A stretch of DNA of 64,000 bases from Phoronis australis (Eukaryota; Animalia; Phoronida). The DNA is taken from positions 49,661 through 113,660 of the forward strand of contig NMRA01000867.1 in the NCBI GenBank assembly GCA_002633005.1. The letters run 5' to 3'. A program made the translations under genes and the position numbers. The notes below the pieces were generated by a model. The model was not told the origin of the DNA and searched no databases. It saw only the letters and a list, made by a program, of their open reading frames with translations. Numbering within the stretch: the first letter of the stretch is position 1; each line of letters starts with the position of its first letter. Positions 13,482-26,173 of the stretch are shown here, piece after piece.

Positions 13482-13917
13482 GTGAGTAAAATGTTTTTAC
13501 ATTATCTACAAAGTCATGAGACGGATTCTAATCACAACATTCAAAGGGAAAATATGTTTGCGATTACCCCAACAATGGTTGGTAAGGTTGGCGCCGTTTT
13601 CTGGTCATGTCCTGGGGTTCCACTTAATCCAACAATATGTACATGTATAGTTACCACTATTAGTTTATCATTATTAATAATCTGTGATTTTCTGGAGTCA
13701 GTTTTCAATTTTCAAGCAATAAATGTTTTTTAGTTTTTTGGTAAGGAAAAATACTCTCTTATCACCTCGAAATTGACCCGAAAATGAAAGATTTTTATTC
13801 ATAGCATGCAAACATTTGTAAACATTTGTAAGGAAGGGTTGTGTTATCTTGTAGTAGAAAACTTGGGAATATTTTTAAAAACGGATAGCTTATTTTTTGT
13901 TATGCATTGTTTGGCAG

Positions 13918-14284
13918 ATTAAACATGCAAGAGACATCATGCCTGGGAAAGATGGCGAGATTCTTCTTGTATGTATTGGAGTGGCTTCCGGAGTTGGACG
14001 TTTGGGTTCCGGAAAGCTGTCAGATACCAAAATCATCAATCGTCTTCAGCTTCATCAGTTTGCCAATGCTGCTATGGGCATTGCTGCAGCCACAGTACCA
14101 TTTACTACCAATTTCGAAGTGCTGCTGATTCTGACAATGATATTGGGGCTGTTTGATGGCGTTATAGCGTGTTTATACGCACCAATAGCCTTCGATCTTG
14201 TAGGGCAGAAGGGGGCAGCACAAGCTGTTGGATTTCTATTCGGCATTCTGTCTCTTCCACTTCTAGGTGGACCGCCACTTGCAG
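13918..14284 (+). CDS. SLC16A10: MCT copy A, exon 3
   Basis: Acceptor TTGGCAG; GVASGVGRLGSGKLSD...GLFDG...APIAFDLVG...GPPLAG; donor G|GTAAAG. Confidence 0.92.
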
Positions 14285-15018
14285 GTAAAGGGCAATTGCT
14301 TCTTTTGATAAGTATAAACACGACACAGAAATAATCAGGAAGATATTTTTCTTTTATTTTACGTTCAAAAGGTGCTCTTTTCTTGACATTCACCAATTTA
14401 GAACACAGAAGGAATTTCGTCAGTCGGAAGATATTTTTAAAATGTAAACACTTCGCAACTTTCATACCTGTTTGTGATTGCTTATTTTACTGTAGATTGC
14501 TAAGTTTTAAAGTTTGGGGCAGGGTTTCAGCGGAAACCTCATTACATATGGCAGCAATTGTGTGAGTACCCATAATGCATGAGTCAGAAGCTGTCACTCA
14601 CTTCGGCGACCAATTTATGTGGTGGTGCTCCATCAAAATTAAACTAAAATCTAAATATTTAATTGACTTAACTTTGAAAAGACCTGGTTTTGTGTTGAGT
14701 GAGCGTTATTTGGGTTAACGTTTCGATTGAACTAACTTTATTTAAAATCCGTTTTACGAAGTTTTGAAGCGGAAGATGTGTCATTTTAAGCGTTGTATTG
14801 AGACCACAATCTGAAATTGATTTATTGAAATTACATGTATGTCAGGAAGTAGCTGTTATATGCATATTTTTAGAGACTTCGAAGTTTCACTCAAGTGACA
14901 TTTAATTATTTTCCGGAAATAGTTGTATGGAGCTTATAACCAAATTTCTGACACTCTTAAGTAATTTTTCATGAAACAGTTCCTGTAGCTCAGAACGTTT
15001 TAAACGCTCTCTTTTTAG

Positions 15019-15129
15019 GCTTCTTGTACGACCTTACGGGCAACTATGATATAGCTTTCTGGGCAGCAGGTGGCGTGCGTCTCCTTGGTGCTAATATTAT
15101 GTTCTTGATTCCCGCCGTCAAAGCGGTAG
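15019..15129 (+). CDS. SLC16A10: MCT copy A, exon 4 (TM12; not in the ORF track)
   Basis: Acceptor CTTTTTAG; GFLYDLTGNYDIAFWAAGGVRLLGANIMFLIPAVKAV; probable phase-1 donor TAG|GTATGA. Confidence 0.85.
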
Positions 15130-18100
15130 GTATGAGGAAGTCTTCTGTTTTGGGATTTTGGTAAGGAAGGGTTGTTTAGTTCGGTACTAGCAACCAATAT
15201 CATATCCAGATGATGGGCGGGAGAAGTCACATATAATGGGAGAACTTGAGAGTGAAGCTTGAATCAGTAACTTTTGATTAAATACATTCAGAGATAAGAT
15301 GATAACTGATGATAAGATTCACCTTACATGCTTCACGTAACGTTGTTAGTAAATTAATGTCAGCTTTGTTCTTAACATAAAAATCAGTTAAGAACGGTCT
15401 CTAAATGAAAGAAATACGCCAACAATTAGTATTTTCCTATATGACGTGACGAGTGCACCGTGGTAATCCTGTCATTGCATCGAAACCATAAGTTACAGTG
15501 CACCTGGACATGGGATCTAATCTTTGTAATCGCAATCGTACTGGAAAATATTTTTGACATTTTCCTTGTGCGTTTGTGCTAACGCAAGATAACGTTTTTA
15601 TTCTCTGCCGCAGTTCATTATATTTTACCTTATTGATTGTCTAATCCTAGTTAGCATTTGGTGACCCAAGCATTAAAGCTATAATTTCGGGTTTGAACTC
15701 TGAAAGTTCGAGTTTTTAGCCAAAATCTGGAGATTTTACTCGAGTTGATACCAAGGAGTGTATTATATTATATAATATTCAATGTACACTCCCTGTTGAT
15801 ACCTCGTCATCACGTGCGAACGTGGGCTAGACAATAATTTCCGTGAACTGTAACGTACTCGAGTACAGAATAATGAACTCTTAATTTGAGTTAGTTCAAA
15901 ATCAGAACAGAAAATGTGAAAAATAATAATTGAATTTCGATTTCTATTTCGCAGATTAGATCACAGCCTAGTGCGATTTTGTTCATAGTGTATTACGTAG
16001 GATATTTACAGAAATATAATAATACCCCACATTTCAGAGTTCACTCTCATGAGCATCCGGGGTTATGAATAATTTACAGGAACGTTGATTTTAAATATGA
16101 TTGTGGTTGTTGTTCAATTTGTGTCATTTTAAAAAAGCAGCTGGACTTATATGTCAGATTTGACTTAGTTGCACGGTCATTTCTGGGAAACAAATTAAAT
16201 TCAGTCATTTGATTGAATCATTGACAGACACAGTGTTCCAAACAGCCACAACATGCCACCATGGTAATAAAAAAATAATTGCAGGTGGTCTGTTACACGT
16301 TGTACCAGACGTGCGCAGACCTCGCATGTGGGCCCATTGCACTGACCACCATGGTAACACACGGGACAATTACAAGTGGATGGTAATATAGTAAGCTGTG
16401 CATGCAAAGTGGTATTGGTACTGACACATGTTGTCAAGATGGTGGTGGGCCATTGAGGTGCTGGCAGGTGTTAATATTATTAACGCTAATCGGATGATGG
16501 ACAGTGATGTCAGCCTAACAGTGTAGGCCTAAGAATTCCTTGGCTACCTGCAGTGTGCTGTGATTTAGAGCCACCATGTGACTGGGCTGTACTCGACGTT
16601 TTGGGCGCCATTCAGCATTCTGTATCTTCATGTTATAACCATCGCTGCTAATCGAACTCGGTCCTGACCTCTAGGGTGAAGTCTACTAGCTTGGCTTTCA
16701 TCTTCACCAAAAGTAAACCAAAATACAAACGGCGCTCGATGTTTTAAGTGTTAAGGATTGTTTACATCCTTTCAAGCCAATATTAGATGCGGTATTTTTA
16801 GACAAAAACATGGCATTTTCTTGTAATATCTGGCATCAAAGCAATATCAAGCGACCATTTCTGCTTTTGATAATTTCTTATCAATGTTTTCTTTTCTCGT
16901 AAATTGCCCCATAGTCGAACTATTTTTGGGCGCACTCACGAAGTGCTACTTGGCAGTCCTGAGGTGAACCGACTCGTGGTCGAGACGGTCTCGCCACCTG
17001 GTGACTGGCTGATGGTGGCAACGATGATGAAGAAACATGTAAACATAATTTCAAATTCTTTTTTCAAGAAGTTCAAAAGCTGTTGTCATTGTCGCATAGA
17101 TTGTTTTTCAAGATATGTTGTCTGATGGTTGACCCGGAATACGAAGATAACTAAGGATTTTAATTTCGTTCCACCAATCTTTGGCTTGATATAATGACAA
17201 AACAAATTTCGCTTGCCTTCCGTATTGCCTGTCAGCTTTGTGAAATTTTAAGTGGTCATCGAAATTTGAGTAATCTCACACAATTTTCTATTTAGCTACC
17301 TTCTGCTCTCCATGATGTTGAAACAGTTAATGTGGCTGATAAAGACTTAGAAGATACAGGTATATTGAAGTCAATAATTGAAAATTAGAAAGTGCACTTT
17401 TGATTGTAAAGTTACCGCTTACTCATCCTTTTATATTAAAAGAACATTATATCTCCTTTTATTGCTGATTGAAACTGCGATGTATTAATTACAAAAAAAC
17501 AACTTCAAAGTTCGTGCAACGCCATCTTTTGAAACCATTGTTTTAGTTCATATTTACCGGGGTGGGAACCCTTTGTTTTGGTTCTTTAATAGAGCGAGTT
17601 AGTTTTCTTCATTACACCGTTAACAATGCGAAAAGCCGGAGTTGATTGCTTCAACGGAGTGATTTATCTTGGCTAACTTGATTAGTAGCGTACTGCGCGA
17701 GACTTCAAAACGCCAAGTTATTTAGCAAGTTGTTCTTCATAGTTTTGAACTCCGTTGGGAAGACAGAATGCTAAAGCCACTATGCTCCGTATTTCTCAGG
17801 ATGTCGCAACCGGTGATGGGTGTTTCTTAATTTACCTTTGTACCCCATACAGGATGCGTTTGGTAGTACATATTTTTCTCATCGTTTGAAATTCAAAAAA
17901 GAAGCCAATTCAAGGTCAAAATCATGCCCTAAGCGCGTGACTGCGGTACCTCACCGGGTGCAAAAAGGTTTTGGTGTCTGTTTCCACATTACTTGCTCCC
18001 AAACACCAGCCTATAATGAGGGTGGGCGACAAGGGGGGCTGACGTGGTAGCGCTAAAGAGAAATCTGGCTTTGGAACCAAGAGGGCAAAAGTTTGCAGAA

Positions 18101-18621
18101 GTCGAATTTATTTTTTGAGCCCCCCCCTTCCCAATAATTTTTACCTCCCTAAAAAGCGACTAAAGAAGTAGGAGATCGAACTAACACGTTCAATTTCGAA
18201 GTTATTAAACTTTAAATGAAAATCATCAAAACATTCTGGAGACTTATGAAAAACCATGTATGTTATTTTCGTTGCATTTAAAACCAGTCCATTTACATTT
18301 AATCAAGACTGAAGCGACTCAATTTTTGATATTGCAATTAACAACTGACAGTTCCTTATTCATTCATAAAATTTCCGGTCACGATGGTGACCTTCTTGAA
18401 ATTTTGTGATTTCTTTCCGAGCCCAAAGATAACTTCTAAACCAAGTAAGGAACAAAACATGACCAATTTTACGGTATGTGGTCTAGACCAATACCATCTT
18501 CTTTCAGAAATCACGGATTTAATGCCTCTTTAAAAAACAAAACAACGGGCTCCACCCAGTCAAAACGCAAACTAAATCTGGTTTTCAAATATAGCGCTGC
18601 TTGTACGGTACTTTTTTACAG

Positions 18622-18803
18622 GTGATGACGCACGCGGCTCCAACTTAATATCGACAGAGACTGGTGAAAAGAGGCTGACTCGAAGACGTAATGGAAATTC
18701 AGACAGTCTTATTTCTGCATCCGATGCATCACCACAAAGTAGCAACAATAGCCCTGAGCAAATTCCAATGCTTGGTGCAACCAATAATGACTCTAGCGTG
18801 TAG
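18622..18803 (+). CDS. SLC16A10: MCT copy A, probable exon 5 (cytoplasmic tail ending -DSSV*)
   Basis: Strong acceptor CTTTTTTACAG. The phase-1 frame is open for ~60 codons and the stop is at the same position in both paralogues. Confidence 0.6.
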
Positions 18804-20257
18804 AAACATGTCTAGTCAATAGGAAAAATGTTAATATTATTACACAACTTGATTTGCCTCGTCAGAGTTCATCTCTTTGGTTTTCCAACAACAATGAGGT
18901 CAAGTTCAATTTCAAAGCTTTTTGCTGTTACGTATATCTATTTTCAGTACGATGTGAAATTTGCACTTTTGCAGTAAAGACATGTTATGGAAAAGTCTTA
19001 TAAAACACAATTCTGAAGTCCAGGCTATCAAGCCAACAACGAAAACGTGAATAGAAAAACCACCCTGTGTGCAGTTTGGGGATTGGGTCCCTATCGTGAT
19101 GTCCTGTGTAACTTTAGCTGGTTTTTTTATCAAACAACAGAGTACAGAGGCATCTGGGTTATTTTAGAACCATTGCTTTGCATTCCTTTGTAGCATCTTT
19201 CTGAATTGGTCTCGACAATACCTTCAAGAAACGTCCGTCGCTACAAAATAGCGTTCTCGACTTATTCGCGATTTCCATACCCAGCTTTTGTTTTTTATTA
19301 ACTGATCATTCCAGGCATTCTTGTCGATTGATATCTTGTACAAGCTTGTCATCACTCCTGCTTTCGGCTCGCCGGTGTTTTCCGATTGTCGCAATAGTCA
19401 TCGACAATCCGTCGTCTCCGTTGTTGACACGTCGACGTCTGTGTCGTCGTAATGCTGGCATCCTCGGTATCGTTGCCAATATGTGTGTCACTATAGTCTA
19501 TGGTGTCACTGGCGTTACATGGTCATTGAGGTGGTTCTCGATACCGTCATTGCTGTCGCGGGTTTCATTGTTGTTGTCTTGTTTAGTGCCATTGCCTTGG
19601 TCCTAGTCGATTTTCCCAAATGTTGCTCCCCAGAACGCATGCTTTCATTTTCAAATTAAACGCCCCCAGAAATTTTGTTTCTGATGCATAAGCAGTTTGT
19701 ATCACAGAATTTTGTGGAATGTACGTTTTCACACTGATTGACATTTTAATCAAAAAGAAATTATTAATAAATTCGTTATCCGAAGTTGTTATTTTCTGTT
19801 TTGGCGTAAGTCCCCGTTTCGACTGTGTATAACGTACGTCATCAAGTAAAATGGGTAAAATCAGGCCCCAGTGGTCCAATCGATATGTTAAGGAAGAAGA
19901 GTAGAAGTGACAGCAAGAGGTTGAGGACTTCGGAGAATTGGAATCTTTAGTTGAACCAACACAGCCGACCGTGGAGCTCGATGTCAAAAGCTAACCAAGA
20001 TTACAGAAGGTTTTGCAGTAGAAGAAAGCAGGATCGTATTTTGCAGCAGAGTCCACAGGGGGGGGGGGGGGGNGGGGGGCAACCACAGGATAGCTACCGG
20101 CTGCCGAAGTGTCATCTAGTAAGACGGGGAATATTATGCAACTTCCGTCTACAAATCTTAACCATCGAGGGTTGAAGTCCCTTTCTATACATCATTGCGT
20201 TTGACCGGCATGTTCTAAGAAAAATGGGCGAAGCTCTCGATTGCTGCATGGTGTCAA

Positions 20258-21395
20258 TACCGACGACACCAATTCGTTTATCGCAGTTAGATTACCGTTT
20301 GATTCTAGGGTTTCTTGTGTGGGCCCACGGTCATTGTCGTCTACTTTCTTGGCCGAGCAACTACATTTCTATTTGAGAAGGCAATAAACTTTCTTCGAAC
20401 AAACAAATGTCATGTAAATAAAAACACCTTGAAGGCTATTAAACAGAATAAACATGTTCCAGAGATCACTGAACTCCGTCATAGAGGCGAAATTACTCAG
20501 AAGCCAAGTGGCGCCCATTATAATGGAAAGTTTGACTTACACCAGCACTCAAAGCTAGTCTCCCTTCTTCCTCTCCACTTGGCCGTTGAGAACGCTTTCA
20601 CAGATAACCCAAACAGTGAAGACAAAAAAATACTGATGTTGCAAATAGAACAAACGCGGCAGGCCACGCGAAAACGCCAACAGTCCATCCCGATTTGTTA
20701 TGCGTAGGCGGGATTTATGACATCCGGGAATGTTGTCAAACACAGCACTGAAATTTTATACGAACTAGAGATCCTGACCAAGCATACAGATTATACCGAC
20801 TAAATAGTTTGGTATCAAATCCGTCTAAAGCTCCATATATCAAAAGACATGACATTGATCTAAGAGAAAGACGACATAAAGAAGTAGTGAATGGAAACTG
20901 CTATAACTTTGCAAAGGGTCGTACTCTCTGTGCGCATTATTCCTGCCAAAATAGCACGTGGGCGATAAGTAATGATGCCGAGAGACACATTAGAACCTTC
21001 CCGCGGACACTGCGCAGTTGTGGAAGTAACTAAGGTGTAGACAACAAGAACCGAACCAACACCGACGGCAGATAATGTTTGGTGGTGACGTTGCAATTAT
21101 TATATAAATTGCAAACTGACAGGAAATTTGCACCATTTTGGGTCACTTTTGCATATTCTTCTGAAGAGAAGTGGTACTTAGATTCACCCATGCTCAATTC
21201 AATAGACCCGTTCTTGTGAATGTTAAACAAGTGCTCTGGATGTAATATCCTTTGGCAAGAGAATACATTTCCGTGCGATTCAGACGAACACTCATCCACC
21301 AACATCCTTGTACTTGGTTGGCAAGCCAAAGTTATACACATGCCGACTTTTGGTACGTACCTTTGGTTTTGTTTGTTCTCTTGTCAGTTCAACAC
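20258..21395 (-). pseudogene. Truncated, frameshifted pseudogene copy of the class B (Mth/adhesion-like) GPCR
   Basis: Nucleotide match to 43816-45050 with internal deletions. Peptide fragments CITLACQPSTRMLVDECS and LAGIMRTESTTLCKVIAVSIHYFFMSSF lie in different frames. Confidence 0.9.
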
Positions 21396-24300
21396 TGAAG
21401 TCGCCTGCCAAGATAGAAACCGATGTCTCTGGAATGGCAGTTTTTGCGAACAAAAGTATTCTAAGCGTTTCAAAATGCCATAATTTGTAACAAATTCCAT
21501 CATTGATAAGTTCTAATTTTCATTTTTACGGTATTGGCGGGTATTTGGTCCCATGCGCCTGCATTCGAAGATAGTGTATATTCGGAATTAGGTGTTAGCG
21601 CCTGTGCGTGAACAAAACGAGAAAAACAATGTTTCAAATTGATGCTCCAAATCATTTAAAAAATTTGCGCTGCTAATCGGCTCGCATAATACATTCAAGA
21701 TTCTTGCCAACGAATGATACAGGCTCGCTCGGCAGGCCTGACCTTTAAGCGTGTACATGCTTCTACGTGGTTGAACATTAGTTTACATCCAAATTAAGCA
21801 CTTAAGTTTGCTTTTCAGTTGAACATTGCTTAACATCTATTGAAAATTTCCAAAATTGCACCCCGAAAAAGCACCCATTCAAAATAACAAATTTGCGTGA
21901 GCCGGATTTTAGAAAGCTTTTAGTGACTTTAAAAAATCTGCTCGTGAAGTCACATTTTAAACTCAATCGTGCATTTTTAACCATCAAGTTGAACTTTTAG
22001 ACTGAATTGTTGCACCGAACATCAAAAATATTCCCACAGTCCATTTCGTATATCAAAATGGCGGCAATCAACACTTTTCTCTTTTCTCATATACACTTCC
22101 TGTTAGGTGTTTTCAAGTTCTGTGTTCATGTTCTGTACTTTTCCTTTAAGCCCTTCAGGCAGTTCTTTTGTTTTGGTTCCCTCTTTCAGGGCTATTCATT
22201 GTACACGCCGGTGGGCATTTTCCATGCCCATCTTGCAGAGTCTTAGTTAGTTTTATCTATTTACGCCATAATAAATGACATTATTCGCAATCCTCCTCTT
22301 GTTTTACTCTGCAACATAGCTCGTCGCGTACCCCGGCAAAATAGATTACGGTAAATTATGTTTAGTTGCTCGACTGGCCCACTTGGTCGCAAACCATCGT
22401 AAATTCAACGATTTCAATAAATATTGAATGGTGTCGCGTGCTGGTTTCACTAGAAATCAACTGGGTTATGCGACGTTCAACTTATCACCTTGGCATTATG
22501 AAAGTTTGGGGGGGCAGTATGCGACTCGCTTTCTAGTTATCTTCACGAAACGACCTCGCCCATCCAAAAATACAACGACCAAACTACGAACATTTCCTGG
22601 GGAAATCAAAATGCCGGTCACAGAGAGCGTACGGCTAATAAACCTCATGGTCACGTGATGTGCCACTCCAACCATTTTCTGCTTTCTACATTTACAAACT
22701 TGAAGAATCTAAAGACACACAGTTTGCTTGAGCTACTACCTTGTGGTCTCGAACGCAACACAAAACTTATCATCCTTTTTATTATATTGTTGTTGTCAGC
22801 ATTCCACTACAATGATGTTCCTTTTTGAATGGTGAACATGAGTACTCGATTCACTCACTCATTGCCATAAGTACAAACCGATATTTAAACTATCTAATCA
22901 GATAATGCCAAAAAATCAGAAACGAACCGTTGTAGGCAATGGGCATGCTATGTTGAGGCCTATCCTAAAGATTTGCAGGAAAATGGAAAGCTGGAAGATA
23001 CCTTTCTTGAAAACTAGTAACAAACACAGGCCTTCTAAAAAGCTAAGCTTATTAAAACATAAAATCAAACAATATCAACAATTCCAATACCGCAGAGGTT
23101 TTCCATATCAACTGCAGAAATTTTGCGACACTGAACAAAAAATAGGTTGAGCCTAAGTCACAAATACCCTTACGGTGTTTTTAAATACCATTTCGTACGG
23201 ACGTTTTAAAGCACTCGTACGACAATACATTGTTCGCGGAAAAATCGTAGCCAAGTCCACGAATTCGTCAAAGACTTTCAAGAAAGCGTTACGAAAACAT
23301 GTCATCCCAGGGTTGCAAACGTCAAAAATGATAACCACCCGAAATAGAAGCCCTTCATTTCGTTGCAAACATGCGAGAAGTATTTGAATGACACAAACAA
23401 ATGTCGTTTGCTCCCCATTGTAACAAATAATTGCAGACAACAAACTTTAGAAACAAGAGGCAAAGTACAACGCTTGAAAAACGCCATCTTTGCAAGTGTG
23501 AGGATACTAGATACTGTCAGCAACTTTACTCCACCCCTTTTAGAAAATCAGATCCCACTGCTTCGAAATCATAAGTTTCCGAGACATTATCACATTTCAA
23601 ACAGAATCAACAGTTATGACAGGGGAATGTCTGAGTTATCGCTTCGAATACGACAGGCAAATAACTTGTGTGAAGGCTTAGGTTTGCGAAAATCCAAGTA
23701 TTAGGAGATATTCTTTTCAACAAAAGTTTGTGATAATAAATCTAAATTGGCGCGAGTTTGACGCATTTTGTTTCTTGGAAGCCACAACAAGATAAGTATT
23801 CATTTTTCTGGTTTGTGATGATCAGTGTCTAATCCGAGTTCGCACTTGACGACCCCTAGATTTGAGCTACGAACCCAATCGAGTAAAAAGCTGAGATTTC
23901 GAGTAAAAACTGAAAAACAACACAGTTCAAGCTCGAACTTGCTTCGTCGCTTGTTTCAAATCACATACATGTGCAGCAGCAACAGGCATTTTATTAGATC
24001 AGTTGTGGACTTGATGCAACCGTTCACATATCCCTGACGTTGTTATTTTGGTCACTGGCATTAGTTTTGATGAGTTGTTCCAATTTGTCCTGTTAGAATC
24101 TGAATGCTGTCACAGTGTTTATCATTGAAAACACAGCAAGGCATGATTGAGACTAGCTAATCGCACTTTGGCCCGAGTTAAACAATCGCAATGCGTCAAT
24201 AAGAATGCAATGCGATAACGACGCCGTGGGCGATGTACTATCGCTTTATCGTTTTAGACTTAGCGGTTGCTTGGAGGACTATGTCGAGAGTGTGAATAGT

Positions 24301-24989
24301 GAGTATGGAAGCGAGAGCAAAGTGCAAATGAGCACGTAGCACATTTCTTGTTTTCAAATACTCGATCCTTAAAAGGGCCCTGAAGACACAAAAAAGGTAG
24401 TTGTTGAGGTCCTGTTCTAGCGGTTATTCTGAAGGTTCTGCACTTACTCCGAAGGTTAACGATTCCGAAGTCACTGGTTAAACTTAGAGGTCTTGTATAT
24501 CCCTGCATGTGCAAATGCACCACATTGGTCTCACATTGCTGTTAGGTTATTGTCAAGAATAGAATTTTGTTACGCTTGTGTTGCCTATCATGTCTCACAT
24601 CTGCACGATCTTTTACTTGTTACCTTGAATTTTACATCATGCTGGTTCTTGTACCTTTGAGAATCAGGAGAGCATCTCGAAACATGTCAGGAAAATGAAG
24701 TTGTATACTATTTGATTTCTGATGAACAGGTCCTTTGGAATTATTATTATTATTGTTGTTGTTGTTGTTTGCCTGTTGTTTTTATTTTCATTATTAAAGA
24801 AATTTAATTTGTTCAACTAGTCTATGGTACTTATTAAAAATTGTTTAAGCCCTAAGGAGCTAGACACTCCGTTCTTGAGAAATAATAAAATGATTAGAAT
24901 GGCAGGACTGCTGGAGGTTCTGGCTGTGCGTTCTGATTGTAACGTTCCAAAAAAAGCTGCAGAAAGAGCAAACACGCAACCTCCGGGTC

Positions 24990-25330
24990 AATAGGGCCGT
25001 CCCGGATTATACGCAACGAAACTCGAATCTCGCAGTATTTACCCACAATGCAGTAAACATCCATCAAGCACATTTGCTGTCTCGTTTTTGCGCCACTGGA
25101 GTTTCGCATATCATTTGTTGTTGTCTGATTCTTTACAATTTTTCTCGGGTGCATTGCTCTATTCGTCCTACCAATATGCCAACGAAGCGTATTACTGCCG
25201 TACGGTGCTGTGAGCTGCGACTTCAACGTGAAGAAGTTTGATAAACGGGAATGCGTGATTTTAAAATTTTCGCCGTCACGACATGAATGTGCCTGGTTTC
25301 CAAAACCAGGCCACACGCTTTCTTATTTCC
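24990..25330 (-). pseudogene. Orphan fragment homologous to the 5' coding region of the GPCR
   Basis: GRTNRAMHPRKIVKNQTTT...YCIVGKYCEIRVSL matches 45915-46220 (GRANRVMQPRK / LVKNKTTT...YCGIVGKYSEIRVSL). Confidence 0.7.
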
Positions 25331-25344
25331 GGGACAAAGGAGAA

Positions 25345-25700
25345 TTCTATCGCCGTGCAATTCGGGTCGGTCTTATTGAGTAACGGATTGATTAAAGGCC
25401 TTAATTGACCTTTACGCCTCTTTCAAACTAGTTCTTGTCCCTGTTCAAACTTTCAACACTACCCCTGTCGAACTCGTGACCACTCGCATGCGAGTGTCTT
25501 TGCACTGCCGACGAAACACCCTCTCCCGCGTTCCTCCTGTGTTGGGTACAACCATTTCCGTAGGGGTTGCCGACTTCCCCTACATACTCCTCGGTACAAT
25601 TGTCACCTTCACAACGAAGCCGCCAAGCTATTCCGATAATGTTTTCTTTAACAGTTTTTCCCTTAAGATTCACTAACGAGTGCCGCAAAATTCTAATCTT
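25345..25700 (-). mobile_element. Penelope-like GIY-YIG remnant (unit B copy)
   Basis: LRCEGDNCTEEYVGE...QHRRNAGEGVSSAVQRHSHASGHEFD; paralogous to 10310-10620. Confidence 0.8.
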
Positions 25701-25941
25701 TCTACTATTCCTCAATAAGGGAGCAAGGGCTTACGGCCTTTTTAGCAGTTGAACAGATTTAAATTCTTTGACCATGAACTTTCCTGAAATGATCAATATC
25801 TTCAATTCGCGATTCTCCTTCTTCTTGTTCTTATTGATATTATTATAAGTATCATCATCATATCATCATCATCATTATTATTGGTATTAGAATTATTATT
25901 AGTAGTAGTATTTTTGTTGTAGTTATTGTTGTTATAGAATA

Positions 25942-26173
25942 ATGACCAACGCGAAGGATGCCTGTGAAGACGACAGGGAAGAATTAGATTTCTCGGCTGC
26001 TGACAGCACACAGTTCCAGCACCCCGATGGGGGTTATGGATGGTTAGTCTGTCTGGCCTCTTTCTGGTGCAACGGCGCCATCTGGGGAATGGCCAATACA
26101 TTTGGGGTTATCTACCCTGATCTCCTGGACGCGTATGGTGGGACAAATGACAAAGACATTGCATTTAAGACAT
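25942..26173 (+). CDS. SLC16A10: MCT10/MCT8-like transporter, copy B, exon 1
   Basis: HPDGGYGWLVCLASFWCNGAIWGMANTFG; donor T|GTGCGT. Confidence 0.9.

Larger units (their letters stand above)
5447..23786 (+). repeat. Tandem segmental duplication, unit A
   Basis: Colinear matches to unit B: 5447~23788, 7515~24045, 10110~24795, MCT exons, 16815~33905, 18200~38525, 20260~43820 and 23170~47125. The match ends GAAGCCACA at 23786 and 47726. Confidence 0.88.

Noticed and set aside
13482-13733. C-terminal extension of the 281 aa MCT ORF
   Set aside because: Read-through into intron 2 after the GTGAGT donor; not conserved in copy B.
16904-17125. Extra MCT exon near 16950 / 34065
   Set aside because: Splice-like motifs exist, but the phase does not fit exon 4 and the two copies differ by a 1 nt indel.
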